Source: Candidatus Hodarchaeota archaeon (GTDB lineage: Archaea > Asgardarchaeota > Lokiarchaeia > Sigyniarchaeales > SOKP01). Taken from it: a stretch of DNA of 64,000 nt. The stretch lies in contig JBHLJY010000001.1 of assembly GCA_048887225.1 (NCBI GenBank), positions 96,001-160,000 of the forward strand, in the 5' to 3' direction. Each line of letters opens with the position of its first letter. Positions within the stretch are counted from its first letter, which is position 1. Both the position numbers and the translations under genes were made by a program. Below are positions 30,020 to 40,231 of the stretch, piece by piece. Under the pieces are notes generated by a model. It had not been told where the DNA came from. It worked only from the letters and a program-made list of their open reading frames with translations, and made no database searches.

Positions 30020-30469
30020 TTATTTTTTTAAATCTATTTTAACTTTATCTCTGTCCTCAAACTTAAGTTCGAGAATTATTCTACCCCATCCCCCACATTT
30101 TAATCCTATATCGAAACAACCAACTCTTTTAATACGCATTTCATTAGGATCAACACCCGCGTAAAATAGCTCTTGAGCAGCAAAAATTAACCTTTCCATC
30201 TCACTTAATGCATAAATACAAATTCGCTTAGGATTTAATTTAGTAAGAAGATTTCCAGGACCATCAAAATAAAATTTATGACCTACTTTATGTAAACTAC
30301 TACATCCATGTGATTGAACTACTTCAATAATGATCGTTTTTTGCAATAAAGCTGGCGCTTTCATAATTGCTTCCTGATTTCTCGGATTTTTCATCCAAAG
30401 CTCCATTTCTTCATCTGAATAACCTAAATGTTTTTGGATAAAACGAGCATAATTTTTTATAGATTTCAT
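30020..30469 (-). CDS. Cys-containing hypothetical protein (TIGR04076-like)
   Basis: IEVV..HGCSSLHKVGHKF, ICIYAL, GCFD..CGGWG; likely ATG 30469 with RBS GGAG. Confidence 0.55.
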   Translation of the reverse strand: MKSIKNYARFIQKHLGYSDEEMELWMKNPRNQEAIMKAPALLQKTIIIEVVQSHGCSSLHKVGHKFYFDGPGNLLTKLNPKRICIYALSEMERLIFAAQELFYAGVDPNEMRIKRVGCFDIGLKCGGWGRIILELKFEDRDKVKIDLKK

Positions 30470-30694
30470 TTTCTCTCCATCCTTGTTTTTTTTCTTAATA
30501 TTATTTATTATTTTTTTTATTATAGATATTTTAATCAAATTATATTTTTAAGAGGAATGAATTTTACTAAATATTATATTTAGTTCAAAATATAAGATTC
30601 TCTAAGTTTTAACATACAAGAAAGCTAAAATTCAAACGATATTTTCAAACTAAAAAAGAAAGTTAGAACCTTAAATAAAAAAAAGTTGAAAAAA

Positions 30695-31069
30695 TTAGAT
30701 AAAAGCTAAAATTCCGAATATGAGCACGACTAAGGCAATGAGGAACACTATTCGACCAGCCATAATGTGCATCTTTCGCATATTTTTATCCTGCTTTTTA
30801 GACGCAATATACCCCCCAAAAATTTCGCCAATTACCCAGATAATGACAATTAATCCAAAAACTGCATGAATTAAAATTAAATTTAATCCACTCAAGACAA
30901 GAAGGCCGATTAGAGTGAGTATTATTCCAGCAACGGCAAAAATTTTATGGAATAAAAACCATTTTTCCGGTTTATGGATGGTTACTACAATGATTGAAAG
31001 TGCCAAAAGCGAGATTCCAATCAGCATGACCCAAAAATGGGGAAACGTTAAAAGGGCTGTTATAGACAT
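30695..31069 (-). CDS. Small four-TM cytochrome b561-like membrane protein
   Basis: Four hydrophobic helices each carrying a His (PHFW, WFLFHK, IHAVFG, MHIMAGR). Confidence 0.6.
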   Translation of the reverse strand: MSITALLTFPHFWVMLIGISLLALSIIVVTIHKPEKWFLFHKIFAVAGIILTLIGLLVLSGLNLILIHAVFGLIVIIWVIGEIFGGYIASKKQDKNMRKMHIMAGRIVFLIALVVLIFGILAFI

Positions 31070-31202
31070 CTTTTTTATACACACTTCTTTTTAATAATTT
31101 TTTATTGATTTTTACGCATGTTCATTATTAAAATTTACTTAACTAAAGTAAAAATATAAAAAAAAAAATAATAAATAAATAATGAGTAATAACTGAGAAT
31201 TA

Positions 31203-31976
31203 ATGATCGAAAAAAAGATTTTGATTACTCGAAGTGTCGGTGGGCATTTGCACGCAGTTCATTTTTTAAGTCGCGGTGAAAAATCTTCTGAAAAAAATGA
31301 AAGATATCCATTTGTAATACTCTGCCATGGATTAACAGGTGATAAATATGAGTGGGGGCGTTTCACTAAGACTGCGAAATCTTTAAATGAAGTGGGATTT
31401 GACGCATTAATTTTTGATTTTTCTGGTTCTGGTGAGAATGAACGTGAATCCATAACATTATCTAAGCAGGTCAAGGATCTTGAAGATGTATATACATGGG
31501 CAAAAAATAAAGGTTATACAAAAATTGCTGTTATAGGGCTTTCGTTTGGTGGACTCACAGCTTTAGTGGCACACCTTCCAGGGATTAAAACATATGTATT
31601 TTGGGCTCCTGGTTTCTATGTAAAAGAAGAATTTTTTAAAATGACAGCATTACAGAAAACTCTTGAAAAAGGAGTTCTAAAATTACCTTCCTCTGGGGAT
31701 TATGAACCTATAATGATAGATAATTCGTTTTTGGAGGCTCTTGCCAATTATGAAGTTAACTCTTATCTAAAAAAATTATTGACCCCTACATTACTAATAC
31801 AAGGTACTCGTGATATGGTTGTTAAATGTAATTCTACAAAAGAAGCATTCAAACAATTGCCACAAGAGGACTCTCATAAACTCGTTGAGATTGAAAAAGC
31901 AACTCATAATTTTGACGGAGTCTATTTAACAAAATTTATTGATGTTTCTATTCATTGGTTAAAAAAATATCTCTAA
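31203..31976 (+). CDS. Alpha/beta hydrolase
   Basis: CHGLTG, FDFSGSGE, GLSFGG nucleophile, GTRD, ATHNF. Confidence 0.9.
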   Translation: MIEKKILITRSVGGHLHAVHFLSRGEKSSEKNERYPFVILCHGLTGDKYEWGRFTKTAKSLNEVGFDALIFDFSGSGENERESITLSKQVKDLEDVYTWAKNKGYTKIAVIGLSFGGLTALVAHLPGIKTYVFWAPGFYVKEEFFKMTALQKTLEKGVLKLPSSGDYEPIMIDNSFLEALANYEVNSYLKKLLTPTLLIQGTRDMVVKCNSTKEAFKQLPQEDSHKLVEIEKATHNFDGVYLTKFIDVSIHWLKKYL

Positions 31977-32149
31977 AAAAATAAATTAATGTTCCGTTAA
32001 TATCTTCCCAATAGCATCCATTGGAATTTAGAATTAGTGTTTATTATTTCTTTTAGATTAGTTTAAAAATCTTTTTTTTGAGTCATAAATACTGGTTATT
32101 TAAGATATAATTAACAAAAACGAAATGATAATTTAGTAATGAGGATGAA

Positions 32150-32581
32150 ATGACAAAAGAAGCACCTTTAACGATGTGTTGGTTTGGTTTGTACCAACCT
32201 TATGCTACTTCAATAGTTCATGTTCCTGAACAGGAAATTAGTCCAGATGAAGTTGATGAGAAAGATTTAGTTTTTATCTGGGATAAATATATGAAGGCTG
32301 ATATACTAAGTGAATTTTTAGGAACACCAGTGCCGTGGTCACCTGCTTTGATTAAAGGGTATTCTCGTGAATGGAAAAAGCAAGATGATGGAAGTTTCAT
32401 TTGCGAATTGGTTCAAAAAGAATATGGGGAATGTCTTGGTGCAGTATTATTGGTATCGAGATTAAGCAACGAAAAATTAATTCCCCTTGTTGAGGATTAC
32501 AAAAAGCGAGGTTATTCTTTAAAAAAAGCTAAAGTTCTTATTGGAGATTTAACAAGAGATATCTTGGCCTTTTTACCCTGA
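32150..32581 (+). CDS. Hypothetical protein, possible degenerate gamma-glutamylcyclotransferase-like fold
   Basis: PALIKGYSREW...LV..YGECLGAVL...GYSLKKAKV resembles the GGCT pattern but lacks the YGS motif. Confidence 0.45.
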   Translation: MTKEAPLTMCWFGLYQPYATSIVHVPEQEISPDEVDEKDLVFIWDKYMKADILSEFLGTPVPWSPALIKGYSREWKKQDDGSFICELVQKEYGECLGAVLLVSRLSNEKLIPLVEDYKKRGYSLKKAKVLIGDLTRDILAFLP

Positions 32582-32900
32582 TTATGCTTGTTTGATAAGG
32601 TGATTTTAAGGATTTTAAGATTAGTTAATGTCTTCCCCAATCGTAAGAGAGTCGTCAAGTCTCGGGTCCCCTCTTAAAAAATAAATTGAGAAATATTGCT
32701 ATCAGAGATATAATCAGTATCAGAAAAAAGATTTTTAAAAAAAGGGCGGAATCAAGAATTTATTATAATATTAGATGATTTCTATTAAAAAAATATAGAA
32801 AGAAATATCTTTAATTAACTGTGGTTTTCTTTAATTATATTTTCAGTTTTTTAAGATTAATCAATTCTTTAAATAAAATAATACTAAAACAAAAATTTAA

Positions 32901-33767
32901 TTGATGAATCTGAATTACAATAAAATTGTAAAAGAGAATCTAGTGAAGAGAATCGGCGCGAAGAATATTACACCAGGAAATAAAATTATTCTAATAGGCG
33001 GAACACATCAAAATGAAGAGCCACATAGCATTTTCAGTATAAGAAAAGCGTTAAGTCGTAGAAATAATAGAGATTTTATCAATTTTTTACAAAAATATAG
33101 TTTTCAAGTTGTCCTTTTCTCATATCCGCAAGAACTGGTGCTTGAGAATTTTTCTGAAAAAAGGCAAAAAGATAAAAGAAGAGAATTTAAACTTAAGATT
33201 ATTCAGCAAGAAGGCCCAAGCATAATTCTAGCAGTGCACAACAATCATTGGGCAAAATCGGCAGAGGTCTATACATTAGCCGGTGAATATGGCGAAGATG
33301 GAGTCCTCGAAATACCTGACTCCGAAAAAATCTGTCTCAACCCTGCTCCTTTAATATTTGAATCAGAAACACAAAAATGGGTTAGGCGACATGACCCTAT
33401 GCTAATAATAGTTTCTGATGGAATGGATTCAGAAATAGATATTGGCAAAGCCTTAATAGATCACTCTATGATCCCTACGAACATTGTTAATATTAAACTT
33501 ATGTGGTGGAAAGACTTTGAAATCCGCAACTCCTTTTGCTTAGAATTGCCATATCTAGGGAAAGACTGTTACAATCAGGATGCGCAAAAATTGATTGAAT
33601 ACGGCAAAAAAGTGCTCCAAGACGTAATTAAATGCATCATCCGACATAAACTTAAACTCCCTCAATCATCAGAGAAGATTATGCTTACATTAGGAAAGAA
33701 AAAGCCTCTGGCCTGGTATACTGGAAAAATTTATTATAAAACGCCTCCAATGAAGAGGTTTAGATAA
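32901..33767 (+). CDS. Hypothetical protein, possible M14/AstE-like zinc hydrolase
   Basis: GGTHQNE (HxxE), ILAVH, FCLEL. Confidence 0.45.
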   Translation: MMNLNYNKIVKENLVKRIGAKNITPGNKIILIGGTHQNEEPHSIFSIRKALSRRNNRDFINFLQKYSFQVVLFSYPQELVLENFSEKRQKDKRREFKLKIIQQEGPSIILAVHNNHWAKSAEVYTLAGEYGEDGVLEIPDSEKICLNPAPLIFESETQKWVRRHDPMLIIVSDGMDSEIDIGKALIDHSMIPTNIVNIKLMWWKDFEIRNSFCLELPYLGKDCYNQDAQKLIEYGKKVLQDVIKCIIRHKLKLPQSSEKIMLTLGKKKPLAWYTGKIYYKTPPMKRFR

Positions 33768-33920
33768 AAGAGATTTACTGATCAATAAAATAGATATTAG
33801 GATTATGATTAATTAATTTAGGATTTAACACCTATGTAGATTTAAGAAAAAAATTCAGAATATAGTTTAGTTTGTATTTAATAGAACAAAATTTATAACT
33901 ATCTTAAATTTAATTTTATT

Positions 33921-35525
33921 ATGACCCATAATTTTGATATTAATTCTTTTGATTTAACAAGTAGAAGGATTTATGAAAAAGCTAAGAGGGAAAATAGGCT
34001 AATAGAAAACCCTCCAATGAAAGAATTAAGAAGATTAACTGAAAATGAACCGGGTATTAAAATATCAAAATTTAATAACATTATAGCTAATTCTGAGCCA
34101 ACATCGCGGAGTGCAATGTTCACCAAAAACAGCATTGACGATGAATTTGGTTCAAACGAAATTGAATTGTTGAGGCATTGCGAAGATGCCTTAGATAAAG
34201 AAGAATTAGTTAGCATTGATAGGATAGTAGGTAATTTACAAAGTAATATTACCGTAAGACTAATTGTTCCTTTAAGATTTGTTCATGTTGCCTATGGTGG
34301 AGGATTGTTATTTGCCCCTACAAAAAAAAAACTGGAAGTCCCAACCTATGTAGTAATAATGTTTACAGATGGAAGTTGGGAATCAAATAAAACTAAAGAT
34401 CTACCTAATAAAGATATCACCATTAGGTTAGCAATGTTAAATAATGGAAGAATGATAAAAATATGTCGTAATTCAAACTATATTGGAGAATTTAAGAAGG
34501 CTGTTTTTGCAGCAGAAAATTGGAGGGCAAAATTTGAAAATATTGGAATATTTTTACATGCAGGATGTCGTGAAGATTATCTTCAATCGGCTCAAGGTGA
34601 TTATCAATATGTTCATTCACTTTTCATAGCGTTAAGCGCCAATGGAAAAACTTCCACGACTTGTAAAGTTATAGGAAGAAAAGATAAAGAGAAATCTTGG
34701 CTTATTCAAGATGATGGTGGTATTTTAATGAATGATGGGTCATTTAAAGGGTTTGAATATGGAGGTATTTTTATTAAAACAGAAGCTGTGAATCCTTCAA
34801 ACCAAATTGAATCATATTATGGACTTTTAAAACCAAAAACCTTTTTAGAAAACGTTTACGTTGATGATGATGGCGATTTTGACTTTTTTAATTTCGAACG
34901 AACCTCAAATGGTCGAGCGATAGTACGTAGAAAGGATTTTATGCACGCTAGTTCAAAGATAGATGTACCAAAGATAGATAACATAATTCTAATTACTCGA
35001 GGGACAATAATTCCTGCGATTTCAAAATTAACAACAGAGCAAACTGCTGCATTCATGATATTAGGACAATCAATGGAATCATCAGCCGGTGATCCAACGC
35101 AAGCAGGAAAAATTAGAAATATATTTTTCTATGATCCATTTGTTGCTGGTGATCGTGTTGATCATGCTAATAGATTCTATGAGATTATAAGAAATTTACC
35201 TCATATTCATTGCTATTTGTTAAATACAGGGGGAATAGGAGAAGGGAGGCATTATAATGAGATTACTATTAAGCATACAATGGGTATCCTTGACTCTTTA
35301 TTAAGAGGAGGCCTTACTAACTGGGAGAAATCTCCAACTGGGTTATTAGTTCCAACTGCGATTAGAAAAGTCGATAAATTATATGTCCATCCAGAAAGAT
35401 TGTACACTAGTCAAGAATTTGAGGAAAAACAAAATCAACTAGAAAATATGCGATATGAAACAATAAAAAAATATGGAGAAAATTTACATCCAAATATAAG
35501 GTCAGTATTTAAAAAGATTATCTGA
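33921..35525 (+). CDS. pckA: Phosphoenolpyruvate carboxykinase (ATP)
   Basis: NYIGEFKKAVF, FLHAG, LSANGKTST, QDDG, LENV, SNGRA, YLLNTG. Confidence 0.88.
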   Translation: MTHNFDINSFDLTSRRIYEKAKRENRLIENPPMKELRRLTENEPGIKISKFNNIIANSEPTSRSAMFTKNSIDDEFGSNEIELLRHCEDALDKEELVSIDRIVGNLQSNITVRLIVPLRFVHVAYGGGLLFAPTKKKLEVPTYVVIMFTDGSWESNKTKDLPNKDITIRLAMLNNGRMIKICRNSNYIGEFKKAVFAAENWRAKFENIGIFLHAGCREDYLQSAQGDYQYVHSLFIALSANGKTSTTCKVIGRKDKEKSWLIQDDGGILMNDGSFKGFEYGGIFIKTEAVNPSNQIESYYGLLKPKTFLENVYVDDDGDFDFFNFERTSNGRAIVRRKDFMHASSKIDVPKIDNIILITRGTIIPAISKLTTEQTAAFMILGQSMESSAGDPTQAGKIRNIFFYDPFVAGDRVDHANRFYEIIRNLPHIHCYLLNTGGIGEGRHYNEITIKHTMGILDSLLRGGLTNWEKSPTGLLVPTAIRKVDKLYVHPERLYTSQEFEEKQNQLENMRYETIKKYGENLHPNIRSVFKKII

Positions 35526-35611
35526 GAATTTAAAAAGTTCTTATAAACTTAAGCTATTAATAGTAAATTATGCTTTATTTGATTCATCATTTATGATTTG
35601 AGCAGAATAAT

Positions 35612-37444
35612 ATGGGAATAAATAGAAATCAAGACATAAATCCATTTCAGCAGAAAGATGAATTTTATTTTCAACCGCGATTTAAAGATTTTTCCGTCAG
35701 TTCTACTTATATTACAATGAGAGATGGGGTGAAAATTGCCTTAACGATTTGTTTACCAAAAGGCTTAGCACCTAAAGAGAAAATCCCAACATTACTTTAT
35801 CAGACCCGTTATCATAGGACTCACCATCTTCGGTTACCTTTTAGATGGATATGGAACGAGACAATAGATCATTATCCAAAAACGGAGTTAATTACTGCCA
35901 ATGGATATGCATGTATATATGTTGATGTAAGAGGGAGTGGGGCTTCATATGGTTTTAGATTAGGGCCCTTTTCTGAAGATGAGGTAAAGGATGGGAGTGA
36001 TATTGCAGATTGGATTATCAATCAACCATGGTCAGATGGTAATATAGTATCTAATGGTATATCTTATACGGGATTTACATCAGAATGGTTAGCAACTAAT
36101 AATCATCCTGCTGTAAAAAGTGTAATGACGGGCCATAGCGGTTGGGACCCTTTTATAGATATGATTTTGCCAGGAGGCTGTTATAATACAGCATTTATAC
36201 AATTATGGTCCTTTTATGGAAAACAGCTTGATAAAAATATTATGAAACAAATGAAAATGTTAATGCCATATCGTTGGATACTAATGAAGGGGGTAAAACA
36301 TATCCATTCAGATAATGATTATACTCATTTAAAAGAGGCCATAAAAGAACACAGCAATAATCAAGCTGTTTATGATAATATTAGTGATGTAAATTATCGC
36401 GACGATGTTATCAAAATTGACAATGAAGAAAGTTCATTTAATTCTAGGAGCATTTTTCAACGTCAACAAGAATTGCAAAAGTTAAATATCCCCATTTATA
36501 GCTGGGCTTCGTGGTTGGATGCTAACTTTGCGGATGTCGTCATAGAACGTTTTATAAATTTAAATAATCCTCAAATTGCTATAATAGGTGATTGGAATCA
36601 CGGTGCCCATCTTCCCGCTAATCAATTTGATCCCTCAAGACCAAAAGTAATTCCTTCTCCACATGATCGTATTAAAACTGAGATAAGTTTTTTTAATAGA
36701 TGTCTAAAAGGAGGTGGATTAAAGAGTAAGACAATTTATTATTATACAATGGGGGAGGAAAGGTGGAAAAAATCTCACATATGGCCCCCAATAGGTCACT
36801 CTTTGCAGAGATGGTATTTTCAAGAAAACAATAGTTTAGCTAAAGAGGAACCTGAAGCAAATGAAGGAGCAGATGATTATAAGATAAATTTTCGAGCAAG
36901 TACCGGTTTTTTTAATCGTTGGATGGGTCCACTTGCTACGCCTATTGATTATAGCAATAGAACAAAAGCAGATGAAAAATTACATTTGTATACGAGCCTT
37001 CCTTTCGAAGATGATTTAGAAATTACCGGAAATCCTATAATTACTTTATATCTTTCTTCGACACACGAAGATGGAGCAGTATTTGTATACTTAGAAGATA
37101 TTGATCAGAAGGGCAACGTAATTTATGTAACTGATGGAAACTTGCGACTCACCCATAGAAAAATATCGTCAGATAATCCCCCATATAAAACACTCATCCC
37201 CTATCATACATTCTTAAAAAAAGATGCTCTTCCCCTTGTTCCGAATGAGGTTTCAAAAATAAAATTTGGATTACATGCAACATCTGTTTTAATTAAGAAA
37301 GGTCATAGAATTCGTGTAGCAATCGCTGGGGCAGATAAAGAGACGTTTATGCGTTATCCTGCTAAAGGAAAACCCATAATTACTATTGAACGGAATAAAA
37401 AATATCCATCTTTTATTGATATTCCAATTATACTTAGGGAGTAA
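35612..37444 (+). CDS. CocE/NonD family serine hydrolase
   Basis: MRDGVKIA, QTRYH, DVRGSGAS, GISY, GDWNH, C-terminal PepX_C-like domain. Confidence 0.92.
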   Translation: MGINRNQDINPFQQKDEFYFQPRFKDFSVSSTYITMRDGVKIALTICLPKGLAPKEKIPTLLYQTRYHRTHHLRLPFRWIWNETIDHYPKTELITANGYACIYVDVRGSGASYGFRLGPFSEDEVKDGSDIADWIINQPWSDGNIVSNGISYTGFTSEWLATNNHPAVKSVMTGHSGWDPFIDMILPGGCYNTAFIQLWSFYGKQLDKNIMKQMKMLMPYRWILMKGVKHIHSDNDYTHLKEAIKEHSNNQAVYDNISDVNYRDDVIKIDNEESSFNSRSIFQRQQELQKLNIPIYSWASWLDANFADVVIERFINLNNPQIAIIGDWNHGAHLPANQFDPSRPKVIPSPHDRIKTEISFFNRCLKGGGLKSKTIYYYTMGEERWKKSHIWPPIGHSLQRWYFQENNSLAKEEPEANEGADDYKINFRASTGFFNRWMGPLATPIDYSNRTKADEKLHLYTSLPFEDDLEITGNPIITLYLSSTHEDGAVFVYLEDIDQKGNVIYVTDGNLRLTHRKISSDNPPYKTLIPYHTFLKKDALPLVPNEVSKIKFGLHATSVLIKKGHRIRVAIAGADKETFMRYPAKGKPIITIERNKKYPSFIDIPIILRE

Positions 37445-37475
37445 AAAATATAAAATTAATAATTAAAAAGAATAG

Positions 37476-37865
37476 ATGATTGTAATGGAAGAATTATTAC
37501 CAAAATTGAGTAATTTATTAAATGATGCGGTAGAAATCAGAGAAAATAAAGAACAATTACTAATTGAGTTGAAAATAAGAAAAAAAGATCTTATTCTTGG
37601 AGATTTAGGGAAACCAAATGAAGTAAAAGAAATGATAAAAGTATTTGGTGGAGTTAAACAGGATATACCGATAGATGTTGCTGTTGATGAGAAAACCAAT
37701 ATCATCACTTTAAAATTACTGTACAAAGAAGATTTTAAATTAATAAGTACTGCTATTAAAAATCTCTGGGAGCGTGTATCTGCTCTTTTAATAGAAGCTT
37801 TTAATGCGGAACCAGGAAAAATTGGAAAATTTAAAGATCTTGGAGATTTTGATGAAACTTATTAA
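37476..37865 (+). CDS. Hypothetical protein
   Basis: 129-aa ORF co-oriented with its neighbours; no recognised motif. Confidence 0.6.
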   Translation: MIVMEELLPKLSNLLNDAVEIRENKEQLLIELKIRKKDLILGDLGKPNEVKEMIKVFGGVKQDIPIDVAVDEKTNIITLKLLYKEDFKLISTAIKNLWERVSALLIEAFNAEPGKIGKFKDLGDFDETY

Positions 37866-37945
37866 ATACCAAGCAATTAAAATTAAATAGAATTATTAAT
37901 GAATATTCTAAGATAGTAAGTATAAAATAACACGTATATAACAAT

Positions 37946-39130
37946 TTGAATGATAGAATTATGGCAGAAAAATTTTCAATGTTTAATTTCATTAAAGAAG
38001 TGTGCGATAAGATTGGCCCTCGATTTGGAACGACTGAACAAGAGTTAAAGGCAGGAATGAAAATTAAAAGTATCTTGGAGAGCCGAGTAGATGATGTAGT
38101 TATGGAGGAATTTACGTGCCATCCAAAAGCGTTTTTAGATTTTACAAGGATTGCATTTATCGTCGCTGTAATAGCTACTATTTTATTTATATGGGTGCCC
38201 TTAATTAGTTTCTTTCTGTATCTTTATGGGATCTCCATATTTGCGTTTGAACAAATGTTTCTGAAGGAATATGTAGATTTTTTCTTTCCAAAAAGAACGG
38301 GTTCAAACGTGATTGGTAAGTTAAAACCTACAAAGGAGCCTAAGCAAATTATTATTTGTAGTGCACACCACGATAGCGCTTACCAATTTCCACTGTTCGA
38401 AAAGTTCAAATCAAAATTCCGCATAATTGCGTACTTTACGGTTGGTTTAGTATTCCTAGCGGCAATTTTATCTCTCGTAAAATTTATTCTTGATATCTTA
38501 GGCATCACATCGATAATGATAACTTTAATATTACTTATCGTTCCTATCCTTTCGGTTGTGATGGTGGGTTATATCACTCTCAATCTTCATTCCAAAAACG
38601 TAATTCTTGGCGCAAATGACAATTTATCAGGTGTCGCTGTTGTATTGGCCCTTGCTGATCATTTTTCAACCCGAAAACTTCAAAACATTGAACTCTGGTG
38701 TATTTCATTTTCGTGTGAAGAATGCATGAGAGGATCGAAACGATTTGTGAAAAGGCATCTGGACGAATTAAAGGATTCAAAAACCATTAATTTGGATATG
38801 GTTGGTGAGGGAGCAACACTTTCTATTATTTCTGCTGAACCGTATTATGTAACAAAACATTCTATGGAATTGGCAAAAGAATTCCAAGAATCTACTAAAC
38901 GTGCGAATGTAGAAATGCCTATTAAAGCGGTAATGTTTGGCGGAACGGACGCTGCTTCTTTTAGTAAAAAGAAGCTCAAAGCCATTTCAATTATCGCTTT
39001 GACTCCACAAGATCATCCGAGTACTTGGCATGAATTAAAAGATAAACCTGAAATTATTGATGAACAACTTCTCGAAAACACGTTGAAGGCAATTATTCAA
39101 TACTTACAAGATCTTGACGCTAAATTATAA
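37946..39130 (+). CDS. M28-family metallopeptidase with transmembrane helices
   Basis: SAHHDS, GANDNLSG, SCEE, NLDMVG, GTDA, WH..KD; start may be ATG 37961. Confidence 0.88.
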   Translation: MNDRIMAEKFSMFNFIKEVCDKIGPRFGTTEQELKAGMKIKSILESRVDDVVMEEFTCHPKAFLDFTRIAFIVAVIATILFIWVPLISFFLYLYGISIFAFEQMFLKEYVDFFFPKRTGSNVIGKLKPTKEPKQIIICSAHHDSAYQFPLFEKFKSKFRIIAYFTVGLVFLAAILSLVKFILDILGITSIMITLILLIVPILSVVMVGYITLNLHSKNVILGANDNLSGVAVVLALADHFSTRKLQNIELWCISFSCEECMRGSKRFVKRHLDELKDSKTINLDMVGEGATLSIISAEPYYVTKHSMELAKEFQESTKRANVEMPIKAVMFGGTDAASFSKKKLKAISIIALTPQDHPSTWHELKDKPEIIDEQLLENTLKAIIQYLQDLDAKL

Positions 39131-39202
39131 TTTTTATAATTTTAGCTTTCTTCTAATATAATAATTTTTTTCTTTCTCGGTTAGCATGTTTTTTCAACCC
39201 AT

Positions 39203-40096
39203 TCAAGGATTATTTTTAATAAATTCTATAATGACTTCAGCCAGTTCAGGACCTTTATCCTCCTGTACAAAATGGCCTGCGTTTTTAATTGTGGTGTGAT
39301 TTTGTCCTCGAGCACCTGGAACAAGTTTTTGCCAAGGGATATACCCTCCTGCAGTTATACGATCTTTATCGCTAAATGCCGTTAAAAATGGTTTTTCCCA
39401 TTGTCTAAATTTTTCCCATGCGCTTGTATTAGCTTCGAACTCTGGATCATCTTTACTAATTGGAACTAATGACGGCATAATTCGGGCCCCAGCTTTATAA
39501 GTATCGTCAGGAAAGGGAGCATCATAACCTCTTAAAATATCTTTCGATAATTCTGTGATTGTTCCACCTTGGATAATCCGTTTAATATCAAATCTAGTTG
39601 CCGTTCGAGAAAACTCGCGCCATCGTAAAAATGCTTCAGGCATGCTTTGCGCTCCTGTTGGTAAGCCTCCATTTGACAAAAGAATTCTATTGAATCGCTC
39701 CTGATTTTCAATAGCAACTCTTAATCCTATTAAAGAACCCCAATTTTGGCAAAATAAAGTAATATTTTGAAGGTCAAGTAATTTTACCCATTTTGTCATC
39801 CATTCTACATGTTTACGGTATGTATGATCGCTTTTTTCAGTGGGTTTGTCAGATCGACCGAATCCTACTAAGTCTGGTGCCACCGTTCTATAGCCGGCTT
39901 TCACGAGAAGGGGAATCATATTCCTATATAAAAAGGACCATGCGGGTTCACCATGCATTAATAAAATAACGTCCCTATCTTTTGGTCCTTCATCCACGTA
40001 ATGAATCCTGATATTATCCACTTCTATATAATTAGGTTCATAAGAAAAATCGGGGAGATCTTCAAATCTTTCGTCAGGTGTTCGCAATAATTTCAT
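39203..40096 (-). CDS. Haloalkane dehalogenase homolog (nucleophile Asp replaced by Asn)
   Basis: LRTPDERF, HGEPAWSFLYR, PDLVGFGRSDKP, QNWG (canonical QDWG), YDAPFP, AGHFVQED. Confidence 0.9.
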   Translation of the reverse strand: MKLLRTPDERFEDLPDFSYEPNYIEVDNIRIHYVDEGPKDRDVILLMHGEPAWSFLYRNMIPLLVKAGYRTVAPDLVGFGRSDKPTEKSDHTYRKHVEWMTKWVKLLDLQNITLFCQNWGSLIGLRVAIENQERFNRILLSNGGLPTGAQSMPEAFLRWREFSRTATRFDIKRIIQGGTITELSKDILRGYDAPFPDDTYKAGARIMPSLVPISKDDPEFEANTSAWEKFRQWEKPFLTAFSDKDRITAGGYIPWQKLVPGARGQNHTTIKNAGHFVQEDKGPELAEVIIEFIKNNP

Positions 40097-40231
40097 TTTT
40101 TTCCTTCCTTTTTTGAATTTAAATATTTAATTTTAATATTAAGATTATTTTTTTTAATATTTATTCATTCAATATTTTCTATTTTTTATTGTGAATATGA
40201 AAAATTGCAAATAAAAAAAGAAAAAAGAGAT

